Assembly (NCBI RefSeq): GCF_006345805.1
Contig: NC_043012.1
Span: forward strand, 39,308,001-39,372,000
Source: Octopus sinensis
Lineage: Eukaryota
Length of the DNA stretch: 64,000 nucleotides
Direction: 5' to 3'
Position numbers and translations under genes: made by a program. The notes beneath the pieces were generated by a model that saw only the letters and a list, made by a program, of their open reading frames with translations, was not told the origin of the DNA and made no database searches. Each line of letters begins with the position of its first letter. Position 1 is the stretch's first letter. Shown here piece after piece: positions 42,359-55,970 of the stretch.

Positions 42359-45300
42359 ATGTTTCTTTATTAGCCACACAGGGCTGCACACAGATAGAAC
42401 AAATTACAAGGTAGAGCTTTTCTTTTGAAGGTTTAAAAAAAAAAAAAAAGAAGGGGGAGTTTCGATCAAATGGGATCGTAAAAGGAGAGAAAGAGGACAA
42501 AAAAAGGGGGGTTAAAAAAAGGGGGAGAGGAAAAAAAAATTGATCAATAGGGATCGTTATCACAGAAATGTCAATATGAAGTGTAAAGGGGAGGACAGGT
42601 GAGGTTTACCCGTGGAAAGAAAAGCCTACGGAAAAGACCACGGTAACCTCGGTCAATGGAGTCACATGTTATATTTCTTTTTTTTTTTTGCGAATAAGCA
42701 ACTCTCTGTTTTCAATTTCTGGGTTCATAGGATCATGCTCAAGGTGGCTTCGTCATTCATACGTGCCATTCTTGCTACATTCACCCATCTTTTTTTAAAA
42801 CATTCGCTAGACAAAACTTGCCTCTCTACTCTCACTTTCCTTTTCAAGTGGTACTTGAAGAAGTTGATGAGAGATTGACCAGAGAGGAAAGTGTTTGTCT
42901 CCAATCCTTTCAGACGCGTCCACCAGATACATTCTTTCGCCATAGCCACAAGGATGATGAAAATAGCTCTTCCTTCCCGTTTGAAGGAGGGAGGCGTGAC
43001 AATATTGACGATAGACTCAGCTGATAAACCGACTCGTCCCACACGTGACAGCAGTTGTTCGACACAAGCCCACAGGTCGGAAATTGTTGGACACTGCACG
43101 AGTGCATGCAGAACGGTTTCGTCGCTCTGACCGCATCTCGGGCAGGTCGGCCCCGTGTTTCTCGAGCCGTGTCTGTAGAGCTTATCCCGAACGGGTAGCG
43201 CTTCTCGGTAGCACTGCCAGGCCAAGGATCTCTGGAAGTTGTCCATGGGCCCTGGCCCGAAAGTCGTCCTGAACAGGCGGGTCAGGTACTCCTCGTCGAC
43301 GTCCAGGTTCGCCCCGAGCTCGTCGTCGTACCTCCCCTCCACTAAACCCCTATAGAATGCTTTGGTTGTGTTGAAGTCACTCAAGGTCGACCCAGGACGG
43401 CAGAGTTGCTTGAGAGCAACGCGACACTCGCGGTGCCATTCGCCCTTCTTCGGCCTCTTTTTGATCCACGACTGCAGTTCGGTCATGGAGACGAGCTGCG
43501 GGAAAGCGTGCCTCACAAACGGCGACCACACCTGTTCACCGTCGTCTATATAGAGCCAGAGATGTCGCAGTCTCAGCGCGTGTCTGCGCATCATCAACCA
43601 CGGCATGCCCAGCCCTCCTTTTAACAGGTGTTGACAGCAAATGGATCGCCTGACCATCGGGACGCATCCTTTCCAAAAGAAGCAAAAGAGAATGCGTTGT
43701 AGTTTGGTCGGGAAAAGGTACGACGGTCTGGCGGTAGTAGATGACGGACGCGATGTATGTGTTCGCCACCTCCGCCCGACCTTTTAGGGACAGTTTCCTC
43801 TCGGCCCATTGCCGGGCGAGAGTGACCACCCTACTCGTTATCTCGTTCCAGTTCTTCTCCACTTGGAGGTCCGGACCAAACCAGACTCCGAGCAACTCAA
43901 CCGGGCCGTCGGTCCAGCGTCCCACGACGGAGGCGCTGGTGGACGGCATGGGCTTGCTTCTCCAGGTGCCTAGTCGCAAGCCCACTGACTTTTCCCGGTT
44001 GATTTTTGCTCCTGTCACCGCTTCGTAGTTTTTCAGTGTCTCGCCGACCTGCTCGATGTGCTCGTGGCTAGACACTATGACGGTGACGTCGTCCGCGTAT
44101 GCAGACACGCTCGTCCCGCATCCCAATTCTCGCGGGATGCCTCTCAAGGTTGCAAGCTTCCGCAATAATGGCTCGAGAGTCAATACGTATAGAAGCGACG
44201 AGAGGGGGCATCCCTGACGGACCGAACGTGCGATGTCGAAGGGTCTCGATAGATGTCCATTAACGCGAATTATCGAACGGATGCCTCTGTACAAAGCGGC
44301 TATCCAGCCGCGGAAGACGGGACCGAAGCCAGCCGCTCCGAGGACCGCTTCCAAGTATCGATGGTCCACCCTATCGAAAGCTTTCGATTGATCCAAATTG
44401 ATCAGCGCCCCACCCATGCCAGGTTCGTTAACTACCCTGTCTATGATGTAGCGCATCAGGTGGAGGTTGTCATGGATGGTCCGGCCTGGCACGGCGCATG
44501 TTTGCGCCCTGTCGACCAGTTTCTCGATGACAAGCGCCAACCTCTTGGCTAGCACCTTGGCCAAAATTTTCAAGTCTGCATTAAGCAGAGTGATGGGCCT
44601 AAAGTTATCTATTACATTTCCCTTGTTTAGATCTTTCTTCAGCAGTGTCACGGCTCCTCGGCTCACAAAACCAGGAATGCTCCCGTTTTGCTGCCAGTTG
44701 CAGTACACCGCCGCCAAGAGATCTCCAAACAAGTCTGGCATACAATTGTAAAGCTCGTAGGGTAGACCATCCAAACCGGTGATTTGTCCCTCGAGCATTC
44801 TGCCATCGCTTCCTGCACTTCCGCCGCCGTGATGGCACCTTCGCAGCACCCTGCCTTTCTTGTCGAGAGTCGTGGTAGGCTATGTAGGTAGGCACTGAAG
44901 TCCACCCTACGTTCTTGCCCTCCACTCGTTCCGAACAGTCGGGCAAAATGCTGCTGAAGGCCTCACACATTTTACTTGGCTCGAGCAATTCGCGCCCCTG
45001 TTCATCTACCAGGGACCGAATGGTGGCTTTGTTGCCCTGTTGCGCCTCTGCCACCCGGGCCTCTCTCGCGGCTCCAACACCTTCGTTCCTTAGAGCACGC
45101 ATCCTAGCTCTGACAGCACATCCTTTGTTTGGCGTTGAAGTGTTGGTCGAGGGCCAACCTCGCCGCCAAAACGTCGGATGCGATGCCGCTTCTAATTGCC
45201 TCTTCTAGCTTCTTAACTAGCTCACCCTCTACTCTATTTCTGTCTATGGCTAGTGCTTTGCTGTACCTAATCGCTTCTGCTTTTACTGCTCTCTTGAGGG

Positions 45301-46694
45301 CAAACCACCATTTGTTGTTGATGATGGCTCCCGTCAAAGCCCTCTTTACTAGTGTGCTAATCCGGTCTCTGAAAACCTGTCTCGATGGAAAGACGCGTTT
45401 AGTTTCCAGTATCCGGGACCCTGCCTAAGTGTCTTACCTAAGTCTAGCGTACATGTCACAAGTTTGTGATCCGTGTAGCTGACTATGTGGAATTGTGGAC
45501 ATCCTATGCTATCTCTGTCTACTGTCCTACACAGTATCCTATCTAGATACGATCTCGACGACCCGATGCGGTTGCTCCATGTCCACGTTGGCGCATTCGG
45601 GTGGTCTAGTCGGAACCTGTCAGACAGTTGAAAGCGTCTGAGCAGGTCTCTGAGGCATTTGCATCCCCGTCTATTCCTATCTCTACCACGTAGTCTACAT
45701 GCGTGTCCAAGGTAGCATTCCAATCCCCCACTAAGAGTAAAGGACGAGACGTTCCCAAGAATACTTCTAGACGTTGAAAGAAATCCGCCCGACCTGTTAA
45801 GGGCGGTGCGTAGACTGATACGAGTCGAAAAGCGCACCCATTCCTGCCGTCGACATCCAGGACGACCAGTCTACCCTCCGGGTCTACGAATTTGTCCTTA
45901 CTTTGAGATCCAGACTCTTGTGAAAAAGTACCGCGGTGCCACTACCGCCCATTCTCGGCAGACAGGGGGAAAAATAAATGTTGAACTGTCCGCCAAACAT
46001 GGTCTTTAGGGCCCGCGGATTGTGGAGTCTGGTCTCACTTATGGCTATGATTTCTAACTTATGTGACTTTATGTCATTTAAGAGGTACCCTTGTTTCCAA
46101 GGGGACCCCAAGCCACGCGCATTACACAACCAATCTTGATCATAGTCCTAATGAATTAGAATACAAGTGAAAGGAACAGAGGGTTACTTACTGCTCGAAA
46201 GTTTTGCTTTCTCCTCCTTTGGTTTGTCCTCGAGGAGATCCCAGTACAGTTTCTTTGTGAGATTTTTTGGCATTTACCAACCGCGCTGGGGAAAATGCCT
46301 TTGAGTGTGTGGTGCAGACTTTTGGAGATGTGTAATATTTTGATGTGGTCTGGTGGTGTTGTGTATGGGTGATGTTTTTTTTTATGTCATCTTCTGTTAT
46401 GTTTGTTTTTGATTGGATGTATTCCATCAAATTTGTGTTTTTGGTGTCTATAGCTGTGAGCATGTTTGCTGTATATGTTTTTGTGGTGTTGGTGTGGCTG
46501 TTGTTTGCGTTGGGTTTTGAAATGTCTTCGGGAGATGTATTTACCCCTGCTTTGTTTGTGTTTGCATTTGGTTTGGTTGTGTTTTTGCTCTTTATTTTCC
46601 TTCTTTTTGTAGCTATTTGCCATTCCTCACTGGTTTCGTCTTACGACGAAATTTCTGAGGAATCAGTAGGGGGTAGGGGTATGTTGTGGGCTTA
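42359..46694 (-). mobile_element. Near-complete Tx1/L1-clade LINE flanked on both sides by (ATCT)n/(GATA)n
   Basis: Short ORF1 region, APE-RT-CCHC ORF2 and 3' UTR ending AATAAAGAAACAT followed by ATCT repeats. Confidence 0.92.
42725..46143 (-). pseudogene. Frameshifted ORF2 of the Tx1-like LINE (AP endonuclease, reverse transcriptase, C-terminal zinc knuckle)
   Basis: CNARGL..IAISETRL; SYLDRI..TDHKLV; GPGYWKLN; NFRPITLLNADLKILAKVLAKRL; DQSKAFDRVDH; SVRQGCPLS; AYADD; CPRCGQSDETVLHALVQC. Confidence 0.93.
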
Positions 46695-46722
46695 TAGATA
46701 GATACGTAGGTAGGTAGATACG

Positions 46723-46799
<77 letters not shown>

Positions 46800-46821
46800 T
46801 GATAGCTAGATAGACAGATAA

Positions 46822-46899
<78 letters not shown>

Positions 46900-46900
46900 T
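46695..46900. repeat. (AGAT)n microsatellite at the Tx1 5' junction
   Basis: Direct reading. Confidence 0.95.
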
Positions 46901-47124
46901 CACTCCCATACATAAAATGCATACTATGTCGGTTTCGACTGACTGAGAAAAAATGTACTCAATACCCAGGTAGAGTTTAAATATGCATTACGTTTCTGAG
47001 AAGAGAGAATATTTTCTGTTATTATTGTAAGTTTTTGCAAACCCAAGAAGCAGGGATTAGCGAGAATCAGAGTAGAAAGAGTGAGTAAGCTTAGCTCTCT
47101 CACTTTCTCTATTTGTTTTCTCTC

Positions 47125-47185
<61 letters not shown>

Positions 47186-47199
47186 CATATATGCACATG

Positions 47200-47530
47200 C
47201 TTTTTACTGGTTTCATCATTGGACTGCGGCCACGCAGGAGTACCGCCTTTAGTCGAATAAATCGGCCTCAAGACTTATTCTTTGTAAGCCTAGTACTTAT
47301 TCTATCCGTCCTCTTTGCCGAATCGCTATGTTACGGGGACGTAGACACATCAACATTACACCTATATCTACGACGGGCTTCTTTCGGTTTCCGCCTACAA
47401 ATCCACGCTCAAGGCTTTGGTCGGCCCGATGCTATTTTAGAAGACACTTGCCCAAGATACCATGCAGTGGGACTGAACCCGGAACCATGTGCTTAGAAAG
47501 CAAGCTTCTTACCAAACAGCTACTCCTGCG
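47200..47530 (-). mobile_element. SINE-A copy lacking the central microsatellite
   Basis: Tail and head joined directly near 47360. Confidence 0.85.
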
Positions 47531-47698
47531 CCTATATATATTCTCCTTGGTAGTCTCGCGAATTCGAAGAGAAAAAAACTATGGAATTGCATGGTCAACA
47601 TCTGTGGCGACATCCATGTTATTCTTTAAGCTGAACTCAGACGCCCAGATACGGTTACTGATCGGGCAAAATCACTTTCCATTATTGCTTTCCCTGCT

Positions 47699-47739
<41 letters not shown>

Positions 47740-47744
47740 CTATA

Positions 47745-48150
47745 GGCATAGGAGTAGCTGTGTGGTAAGTTGCTTGCTTACCAACCACATGGTTCCGGGT
47801 TTAGTCCCACTGCGTGGCACCTTGAACAATTGTTTTATACTATAGCCTCTGGCCAACCAAAGCCTTGTGAGTGGATTTGGTAGACGGAAACTGAAAGAAG
47901 CCCATCGTATATATGTATATATATATATTCATATTTATATTTATATATATGTATATGTGTATATGTTTGTCTGTGTTTGTCCCTCCAACATCGTTTGAAA
48001 ATCGATGTTGATGCAACTTAGCGGTTCGGCAAAAGATACAGATAGAATAAGTACTAGGCTTACAAAGAATAAGTCCTGGGGTCGATTTGCTCGACTAAAG
48101 GCGGTGCTCCAGCATGGCCGCAGTCACATGATTGAAACAAGTAAAAGAGT
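47745..48150 (+). mobile_element. Full-length SINE-A copy
   Basis: GGCATAGGAGTAGCTGTGTGG A-box region, GGTTCCGGGTTTAGTCCC B-box region, central TA/TG repeat, GGCGGTGCTCCAGCATGGCC tail. Confidence 0.9.
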
Positions 48151-49094
48151 CAATGATGTTGACTGTTTTTAGTTAAAGCTACGGAATTGAATCTGCTTCA
48201 GGTTATCACACTGCGTCTGGGAATCTGACATAGAGAAGCATTGGAATATATGATGTTTTTACACTTGTTACCATAGCAGAGAATATTTTCTCCGCAGTAA
48301 CTGCATGAATTTGCCTTTACAACGCAAAAAACGTTACAAACCTATTTTATGTCAACTGAAGTTTATTCTTCGTAACTGTTTATTCTTCGTAACTGTTTGG
48401 TACTGATGTTATTACATTCATGTAGACCAGGCGGTGTTGACAGACTTTTAGGTAAATCTACGACTTTGAATCTGCCTAGGGTTATCTCTTTGCGGTATTT
48501 CCTATTAGGGAAAGCAGAAGAGCCATCTGTCTGAAGATCCGATAGTGACAAGCGATGGGCAAATATGGTATTTTTAAAACTTTTTACAATCAGAGAGAAA
48601 CTTTTCTACAGTAAATTTTGCCTTTGGAGATTAGATATGTCACAAACATATTTTAAGTAAACAAAGGTTCGCTTATTCCCCATCACTGCTTGGCGGTGAT
48701 GATGTCACGTGTGCGTGTATGTGTGCGTGTATGTGTGCGTGTGTGTGTGCGTGTGTGTGTGTCTGTGTGTGCAATGTATGCATTTATGCAGGTATAAAGT
48801 TGATAAATTTTAAACGTAAAGAGAAAATTAGAAATACGATTTGTTCAACGCAGATATTACTACGAGTCTCTCTACAAGCGCGTGTGTGTGTGTATTCCTT
48901 CTGTACGTGCGCGTGGCTAGCAACGGATATGATGCTGCCAATGCATAAATAATATGTAATAAGTATTTAGCTGTCTACATCACTCAGCACACACCATTCA
49001 CCCTTTTCCTCATTCTCTCTCTATTTTCCCTGTAAATATATGTATGTAAACATATGTATGTATGTATGTATGTATATATGTATGTATGTATGTT

Positions 49095-49146
<52 letters not shown>

Positions 49147-49189
49147 CACATATTTATGGATAGGAATATATATATGTGTATATATATAT

Positions 49190-49232
<43 letters not shown>

Positions 49233-50094
49233 ATACATACACATACATTCGTAAATACATACATATATACATACATATATACATACATATGTACATACAT
49301 ACAAGCACTCTCAAATACGCATATTCATGCGCGCGTGTATGTGCCAAATCCACTGACGCATTATGTAATAAATATTGTGAAAGCTTAATTTCTCCCCGTA
49401 ATTAATCATATTCATAAGCATTTTTGCATATTATCTTCGATGTAAAGATTTCAATAACAACAGCGCCTCCATCGCCATCAATAACGAGATCACCACCGTC
49501 GTCTCCACCACCAACGACAACTCCATCACCAGTAAACAACAACAGCAAAGGTAGTGACAACAACATCAGTAACATGCACATGAACAACGATTGTTAACGA
49601 TGTTAAATGCAGTAGAACTTCACCGCAATGACATATAACAAAAGACACAGAATCAATTATCTTAATTCCATAATTCACTGTCCTCCAGAAAATATTTGGT
49701 TGAATTACATACTACCGGAAGTCAGTGTGTTGCTATCATTGAAACTGGAGACGTATTTGGACAGACTAAAGAATGGTATATTGGCAGATTGATGGACAGA
49801 TGGAAGGATAGATATAGGTGTGTGTGTGTGCGTGTGCGTGTGTGTGCGTGTGTGTGTGTGTGTTTGTGCGTCTGTATCTCTGTGTGTTCATGTATACATA
49901 CATGCACATGTATGCTTATAATTGATATACATACAGACACCTATATGCATGGTTGTGTGTGTGTGTATGTGTGTGTGTATTATTCTTTTATACAGTTCAG
50001 CTGTGGCTGTAGTATTTATATTACATATGTATGTATACATATATATATATACATACATACATACATACACACACATACGTATATATATATATAT

Positions 50095-50136
<42 letters not shown>

Positions 50137-50155
50137 ACACACACACACATATATA

Positions 50156-50190
<35 letters not shown>

Positions 50191-50954
50191 CGTTTCTAAT
50201 ATTTCCTCATGCGAAAACATAAAAGTTCTCATTAATACCTTGTGTGGTCGTAAGTGCAACAATACCGGAGATGTTAATAGATATCTGGATATCTGTTTAC
50301 AAAAGATAAGTAGCCACGATAATTTCGTGTTGAGCGTAAGATAAATATGAGAAAGTATTTTAGGAATCAGGGAAGTTTCTGCGACTTCTGATTTACTGAA
50401 CAGCGACACCATTTGTCATCAATATGCCAAACCTAAATATTGAAATCATTTAACTTGCAAACATACACCCAAGTTTCGTCCAACTACAAAAAGTCCAGAT
50501 TTAGAAACTGTAGCACTTTGCCCATGGTTACCATAGATTCTAGGCAACAGAGACCTTAGTATTCAGCACCTATTGTAAACCAGTCAAACAGGAATATGAC
50601 ATTCTTCATCGACCTGCTTGAAACACCCAGTTAATGTTCCTTGGACTCATCTCCAGCTACTGCCTTGAGAAATGGTATTATATTCCAATATAAATCCCTA
50701 AACACCTCGGATAACACCTTAGGTCTGCTCGAACAGTGCTGTCTGGGAGAAAAAAATGTTTAAAAAAACCAGTAACGACTATGAATGTTAAATATCGGTC
50801 TTGGTGAGATTAAATGTAAAGTTAAGCTCGTTGTGAATTGAACTCAGAGCATAAAGGTAACTAAAGTATTGGGTGTTATTTCGACAATCATTTTCCAGTT
50901 GCATCAGTCATGACAGTAATAATTGTTTTTATTTGTTTATTTATTTTGGTAATA

Positions 50955-51265
50955 AAACGTCGCCGTTTTCAATCCTAGCCAGGCCCATGGGCCCGGTTTC
51001 CCGGTCTCTGTTGCATATGTGTCCCCCCCCCCCAGCTGGACGGGACGCCAGTCCATCGCAGCGTTACTCAAGAAACAGGAAGAGAGAGTGAGAGAAAATT
51101 GTGGTGAAAGAGTACAACAGGGGTCACCACCCACCCCTGCCAGAGCCTCGTGGAGCTTTTAGATGTTTTCGCTCAATAAACACACAACGCCCGGTCTGGG
51201 AATCGAAACCGCGATCCTCCGACCAAGAGTCCGCTGCCCTAACCACTGGGCCATTGCGCCCCCAT
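50955..51265 (-). mobile_element. SINE-C copy
   Basis: Head nearly identical to that of the 20190-20534 copy; different distal body. Confidence 0.85.
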
Positions 51266-54109
51266 TTTGGTAATAGTCTAGCAATTTTCACGGAAGAGAA
51301 TTAATGTCAGTAAATGCAATTGACTCCAGTATGTGACTGGTACTTAGCTATCTGGGAGCTATGAGAGGCAAAGTTGAACCGAGAACGTAAAAAGCCGGAA
51401 GATAAACTGCAAGACATTGTGTTCTAGGCCCTAAGGATTCTACCCTCCAATTACATTTGCCCAGTACAGTAATAATGCTATTAATTGCAAACATAGGTAC
51501 AAGAACAGGTATCGTGAGGTGAGATTTAATTTGATAGTGTCGACCCCACTACGCAAGAGATTTGATTTTAAGGATGTCTTCGGGCACATTTGAACACAAT
51601 ACTTCGGAGAACCCTATACAGCCCTATAACTGCCAGATAATTAGGAGAAGAATCACGAAAAATAAGACGAAGATGGTGGTGGTGATGGTGGTACGTTAGT
51701 AGAAATAAACATTTGTTGCTGTTGCTGTTAATCTTGTCGGTTCCAACGTAACCGTCCTACAATAAAAAACAAAAAATTCCTGCGTGACTCTCCTAATGTC
51801 ATTTCTTTTCCTCTTTTTCTTTTTATAGCATGACGTATCATACATTCTACTATTTAAAGTGTTGTTTTCTTTTAACATGATTATGTGGATTGAGGCAAAT
51901 TCGGTCGCTATTTCTAGATACCTTTTTTTGGATCGAGCACAAATGAAATGAGTATACAGCCATTTTAATCGATATTTGACCATAAATGCTTATTGATGTG
52001 TTGCATTAATATTCTGTTTCTTGAAACCAAAAAGGGATAGAGAGAGATTTGAACACAAATCAGTGAAGAGACAGAATTGGTTATATTAGACATTTCAGTG
52101 CGCAGACCTTCAGTTTCAGCCATTTCTTTCCCTTTTATCTTTGCTAACAGCAATAATTTTGTCAGAGAGAATCAAGTAAAGCCAAAGATAAAAGAAAAAC
52201 ACCCTCCTACAAAATCGAAAAAATAAATGTAAAAAACACAGACACAAACGCACTGAAAACATAAACGACAAATCTACAATACTTTACCGAACGGATTAGC
52301 GATCCTGCATTAGACGCTTAACAATTAATCTGTAACTTAATCCACTTACATCCTTTATCGAATTTTTACCTAGACAATATCAATGTAATCTCTATGAAAA
52401 TTATCTTGGAGATCTACCCCCACTCTCTCTCTCTCTCTCTCTCTCTCTATCATGTCTTCCTCTCCTCCTCTCTTTCTCTATATGTCTGCTATAGACATTA
52501 ACTTTAGCACCAAACAAATCTCTGCCAATCATGTGAAACTTTGAACAGAAAATTGTTGATCGAAGTGGAAAGAATTCTTTGGTAAGAAGATGGGCAATAT
52601 GGTGGTTTTGGAATTATCACAAACATTTAACCAGCCTCTGTTTTACTCAGATGCGGTTTAGGATCAAGAAAAGTCTAAACCGTAGACAAGAGATAGGGAT
52701 TAGTTGATTTGGGTAGATTTGCATGGCATTTTACTGTATGATTTTGTGTGTGTATTTGTGTGTTTGAGTATGTCTGTGCACGTTTCTCTATTCAATATGT
52801 TCGCTTGTTCTTTTATCTCTGCAATTCACAGACAGAAATATTTTTTTCCGTCAGTAAAATATTATCTCAAAGACAGACTACAGAGAAATTTTGTACAGGC
52901 TCAGTCAAAATTATCCAGGGTCGGATTATGGAAAATATCGTGTTTGCATATATATATATATATATATATATCATCCCATTCTCTGCCTCTATGCGTATAT
53001 GTGTGTGAGGAAAGCAGGAGTGAATAAGTAGTACTTGACTGAACTTAATATCGAGAGAGTAAAAGTGAAGGAAAATGTGAATACTGTCGATACGCCGAGC
53101 CGCAGTTCGAATCTTTTCGCCGACAGCTCTGCTGTCTCGCCATTAACATCGCCGTTAATAACACTTAGCACAAAAGACTAAATCCACCAGCTGATAGTAG
53201 ATTTTAAAATTGTTATAATTTTACTAAATTTTCAGACATCAGGCATCAGGCAATATTGGTGAAAGGCATTCCAGCCATAACTTCACCGGCGACTGAGAAG
53301 GTAACTTAGACTGAAATATCATGTGGGTCTTTCCCTCATTCCCTGTGATTTGAGGGAGAGTTGGTTGTTATTACTCGGAGTTGAAGAAGACATATATAGG
53401 CTCCTTTGTGGATCCTTGACATGAGATGTCGGAGAAATTTGTGAGAGGAAAAATCCTGGGCGTTATAGAAGTTTTAGGTGAATTACGTTTGGTTTTCCGT
53501 CGGTCCGCGACACCCTGTAGGGGATCCGAAGAAAAATAGAGAGAAAGTAGTCAGATTGTTGTCGGTATTTGTCCCCAGGACATTTCTAATGCAGAAGAAC
53601 TATGATCAAAGGCATTCCATCCGTGGCTATCCCATATTTTTTAGAGATGTCTATGACTACATTATCTAATATCTTTTCAAGACAATAGATTGTGATGTGA
53701 CACGTATTTGGCTTTTACTTGTAACAGGGTCAGAGACAATAAAAGATCCTCTTGAAGGGGTCAGTTTTGTAGTTTTACATGGACATCTAAATATTTTGGG
53801 GTACTCTATTTATGTAGAGGTTGGTTACTCCCTGTAATAAACTCGGGGGGCGGGTATATTACTTGAAGTTATATTTACTACAGCTAAATAGAAAACTCTA
53901 TATTTATAAGCCGAATGATGATAAAAACCTTTCCATTCAAGGTCACCCGTCATTCTAAGGCTCTGTTATCCGAGTGTTTCCACATTCTTCATTATAGTTT
54001 CATGCAATTTTAGGAAGGCTGACTTTTATTTCTTGTTGTTCACATGAAGTTCTTGAGGTTTCACCATTATTTTGTAGTTGATGCAATGAAACCACAGTAG
54101 TTGGCGTTA

Positions 54110-54140
<31 letters not shown>

Positions 54141-55344
54141 TGTTGTTGTTGTTGTTCTTGTTGTTGTTGTTGTTGTTGTTGTTGTTCATGATGATGTTGA
54201 TGGTGCTAATTACTTTATATAATGTTTTACACAATCTTTTGTAGTTTTGCTGGAAACAAATGTTTGCCAGTTTTCCCCGCTTTTGTTTTAGTTTTTCTCG
54301 GTGAAGCTGCTCGCGGCCATGTTCTATTTCAATTGATTGTGGTGTTGATGTATTTCACGATGTCCCTCCTACTTTATTAGACTGGTTTATTTCATTTACG
54401 TAATTAGAGTTAACTTTTTTGTTCATGTTTTCCTCTGGTCTTGAGGAACATGTTTATTTTTTAAGCGTCTATAAATATTTTGTTGTATTAACTACGCTGG
54501 TGATTGTGGCATTTTGGTTGTAATTCTTTCTCTACAGCTGATGTATAAGAAATTAGAAACTAATTTTTTGTTGTTTTTGAGGTTGCATTGTTGATTTTCC
54601 GATGAAGATAGGAAGATAGTTACCTGCTGTTTGTTTTTACGTAGTATGTAGGTGTGTGGAAACCACAATGATGTTTAGAAAGATTTATAAGAGAATATAT
54701 AAAGTGGGTTATTCAACTTGACGAAGGAATTTAATTGCAACGATGCCGTGTATCTTTGTGAGGATTCTATATTGTTTGTGTACCAGTATGTACCTCGTGG
54801 ATTGTAATATAAAGCAAATGATGTTTCGGAATGTATTAGCACGTTTTATTCTTCTAGAACGAATGGTTGCGGTAGGTTCTAGTATATACTTTTATTTTTT
54901 TTAATCAGCTGTTTCCGGCAACGTTGGTGAACATTCATCTGCAATAACATTATTGGTTAATTATTACCAGTGCAAACTATTTTAGTCATCGCACCTACGC
55001 ATCGAGAAAGCACACGCACGCATTAACACACATGGGTGTATGCATGCATGTATGTATGTATGTATGTATGTATGTATGTATGTATGTATGTATGTGTGTA
55101 TGTGCGTATGTGTGTATGTCTTGTCTTGGGTATGACTTCATCCTTCAAACGGTGATGGAGCTCGTGTACGGAAGTGCCAGGTTTTTCAAGAGGATAGAAT
55201 CAGCACTTAGCCACTATTGTTTCCAGGTCGATTCTGAACCTGAGTAGTACAACTTGATAGCATCTCAGCTATCGACTGGGAGTGAAGGACCCATAGTTCC
55301 TGTTAGAACTTTCCCATAGAGGAAGGTTAAGTTATATAGGTGCA

Positions 55345-55790
55345 GTCAGTTTCTGGTTGTCTAAACGTCTGCTATTCCACTAGTTTTATAGCTGATTGCG
55401 TTTCAAAAGTTGATTCAGTGCTATGCAACGCTTTGTCCATAGCCTGCTGATATATTCTAGGCACCATTTTCCGCTTACCAATATTTATAGGGGTCAGAAT
55501 AGGTTTAGTAATTGTAACCTTTCCAAGGTATCTAGCCTTGAGGAGCTCACGACGAATTATTTTCGTCGACACAGGTTCAACAAGACGGTTGTTTAGATCT
55601 GATGTCACATTTTGTTGCCATATTTCCATGGTTTTTACAAACAATACGTTCCCTTGCTCTGTGGACTTTCTCACCGAGTTTTGCCTTCCAGCCTGGATGT
55701 TATTTGCCCAAAGTTCGTTTTTAACTTTATTTTGAAATTCCAACATGGTTTTAGAGACTGGATCTCTCTAAAACATTAAACTATTCAGCA
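55345..55790 (-). mobile_element. Decayed Tc1-like transposase fragment (HTH region to the start of the catalytic domain)
   Basis: VTSDLNNRLVEPVSTKIIRRELLKA..GKVTITKPIL..NIGKRK..TESTF. Confidence 0.7.
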
Positions 55791-55886
55791 AGTTTCATGG
55801 CTGAAATTCTAGCCATCCGCGCTTCAGTAATTTGTCGTCTTTGAGAAATCCGACAGTTAATGCATTTCAACTTGTGTAGACGAAAA

Positions 55887-55970
<84 letters not shown>

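Noticed and set aside
53030-53175. CpG-rich stretch open on both strands (LTELNIERVKVKENV.. / VINGDVNGETAELSAK..)
   Set aside because: No convincing splice sites or homology; worth only a tBLASTn check
53400-54950. Possible very old Penelope-like coding remnant (TNLYIN motif on the minus strand)
   Set aside because: Single weak motif with many stops; cannot be supported by eye
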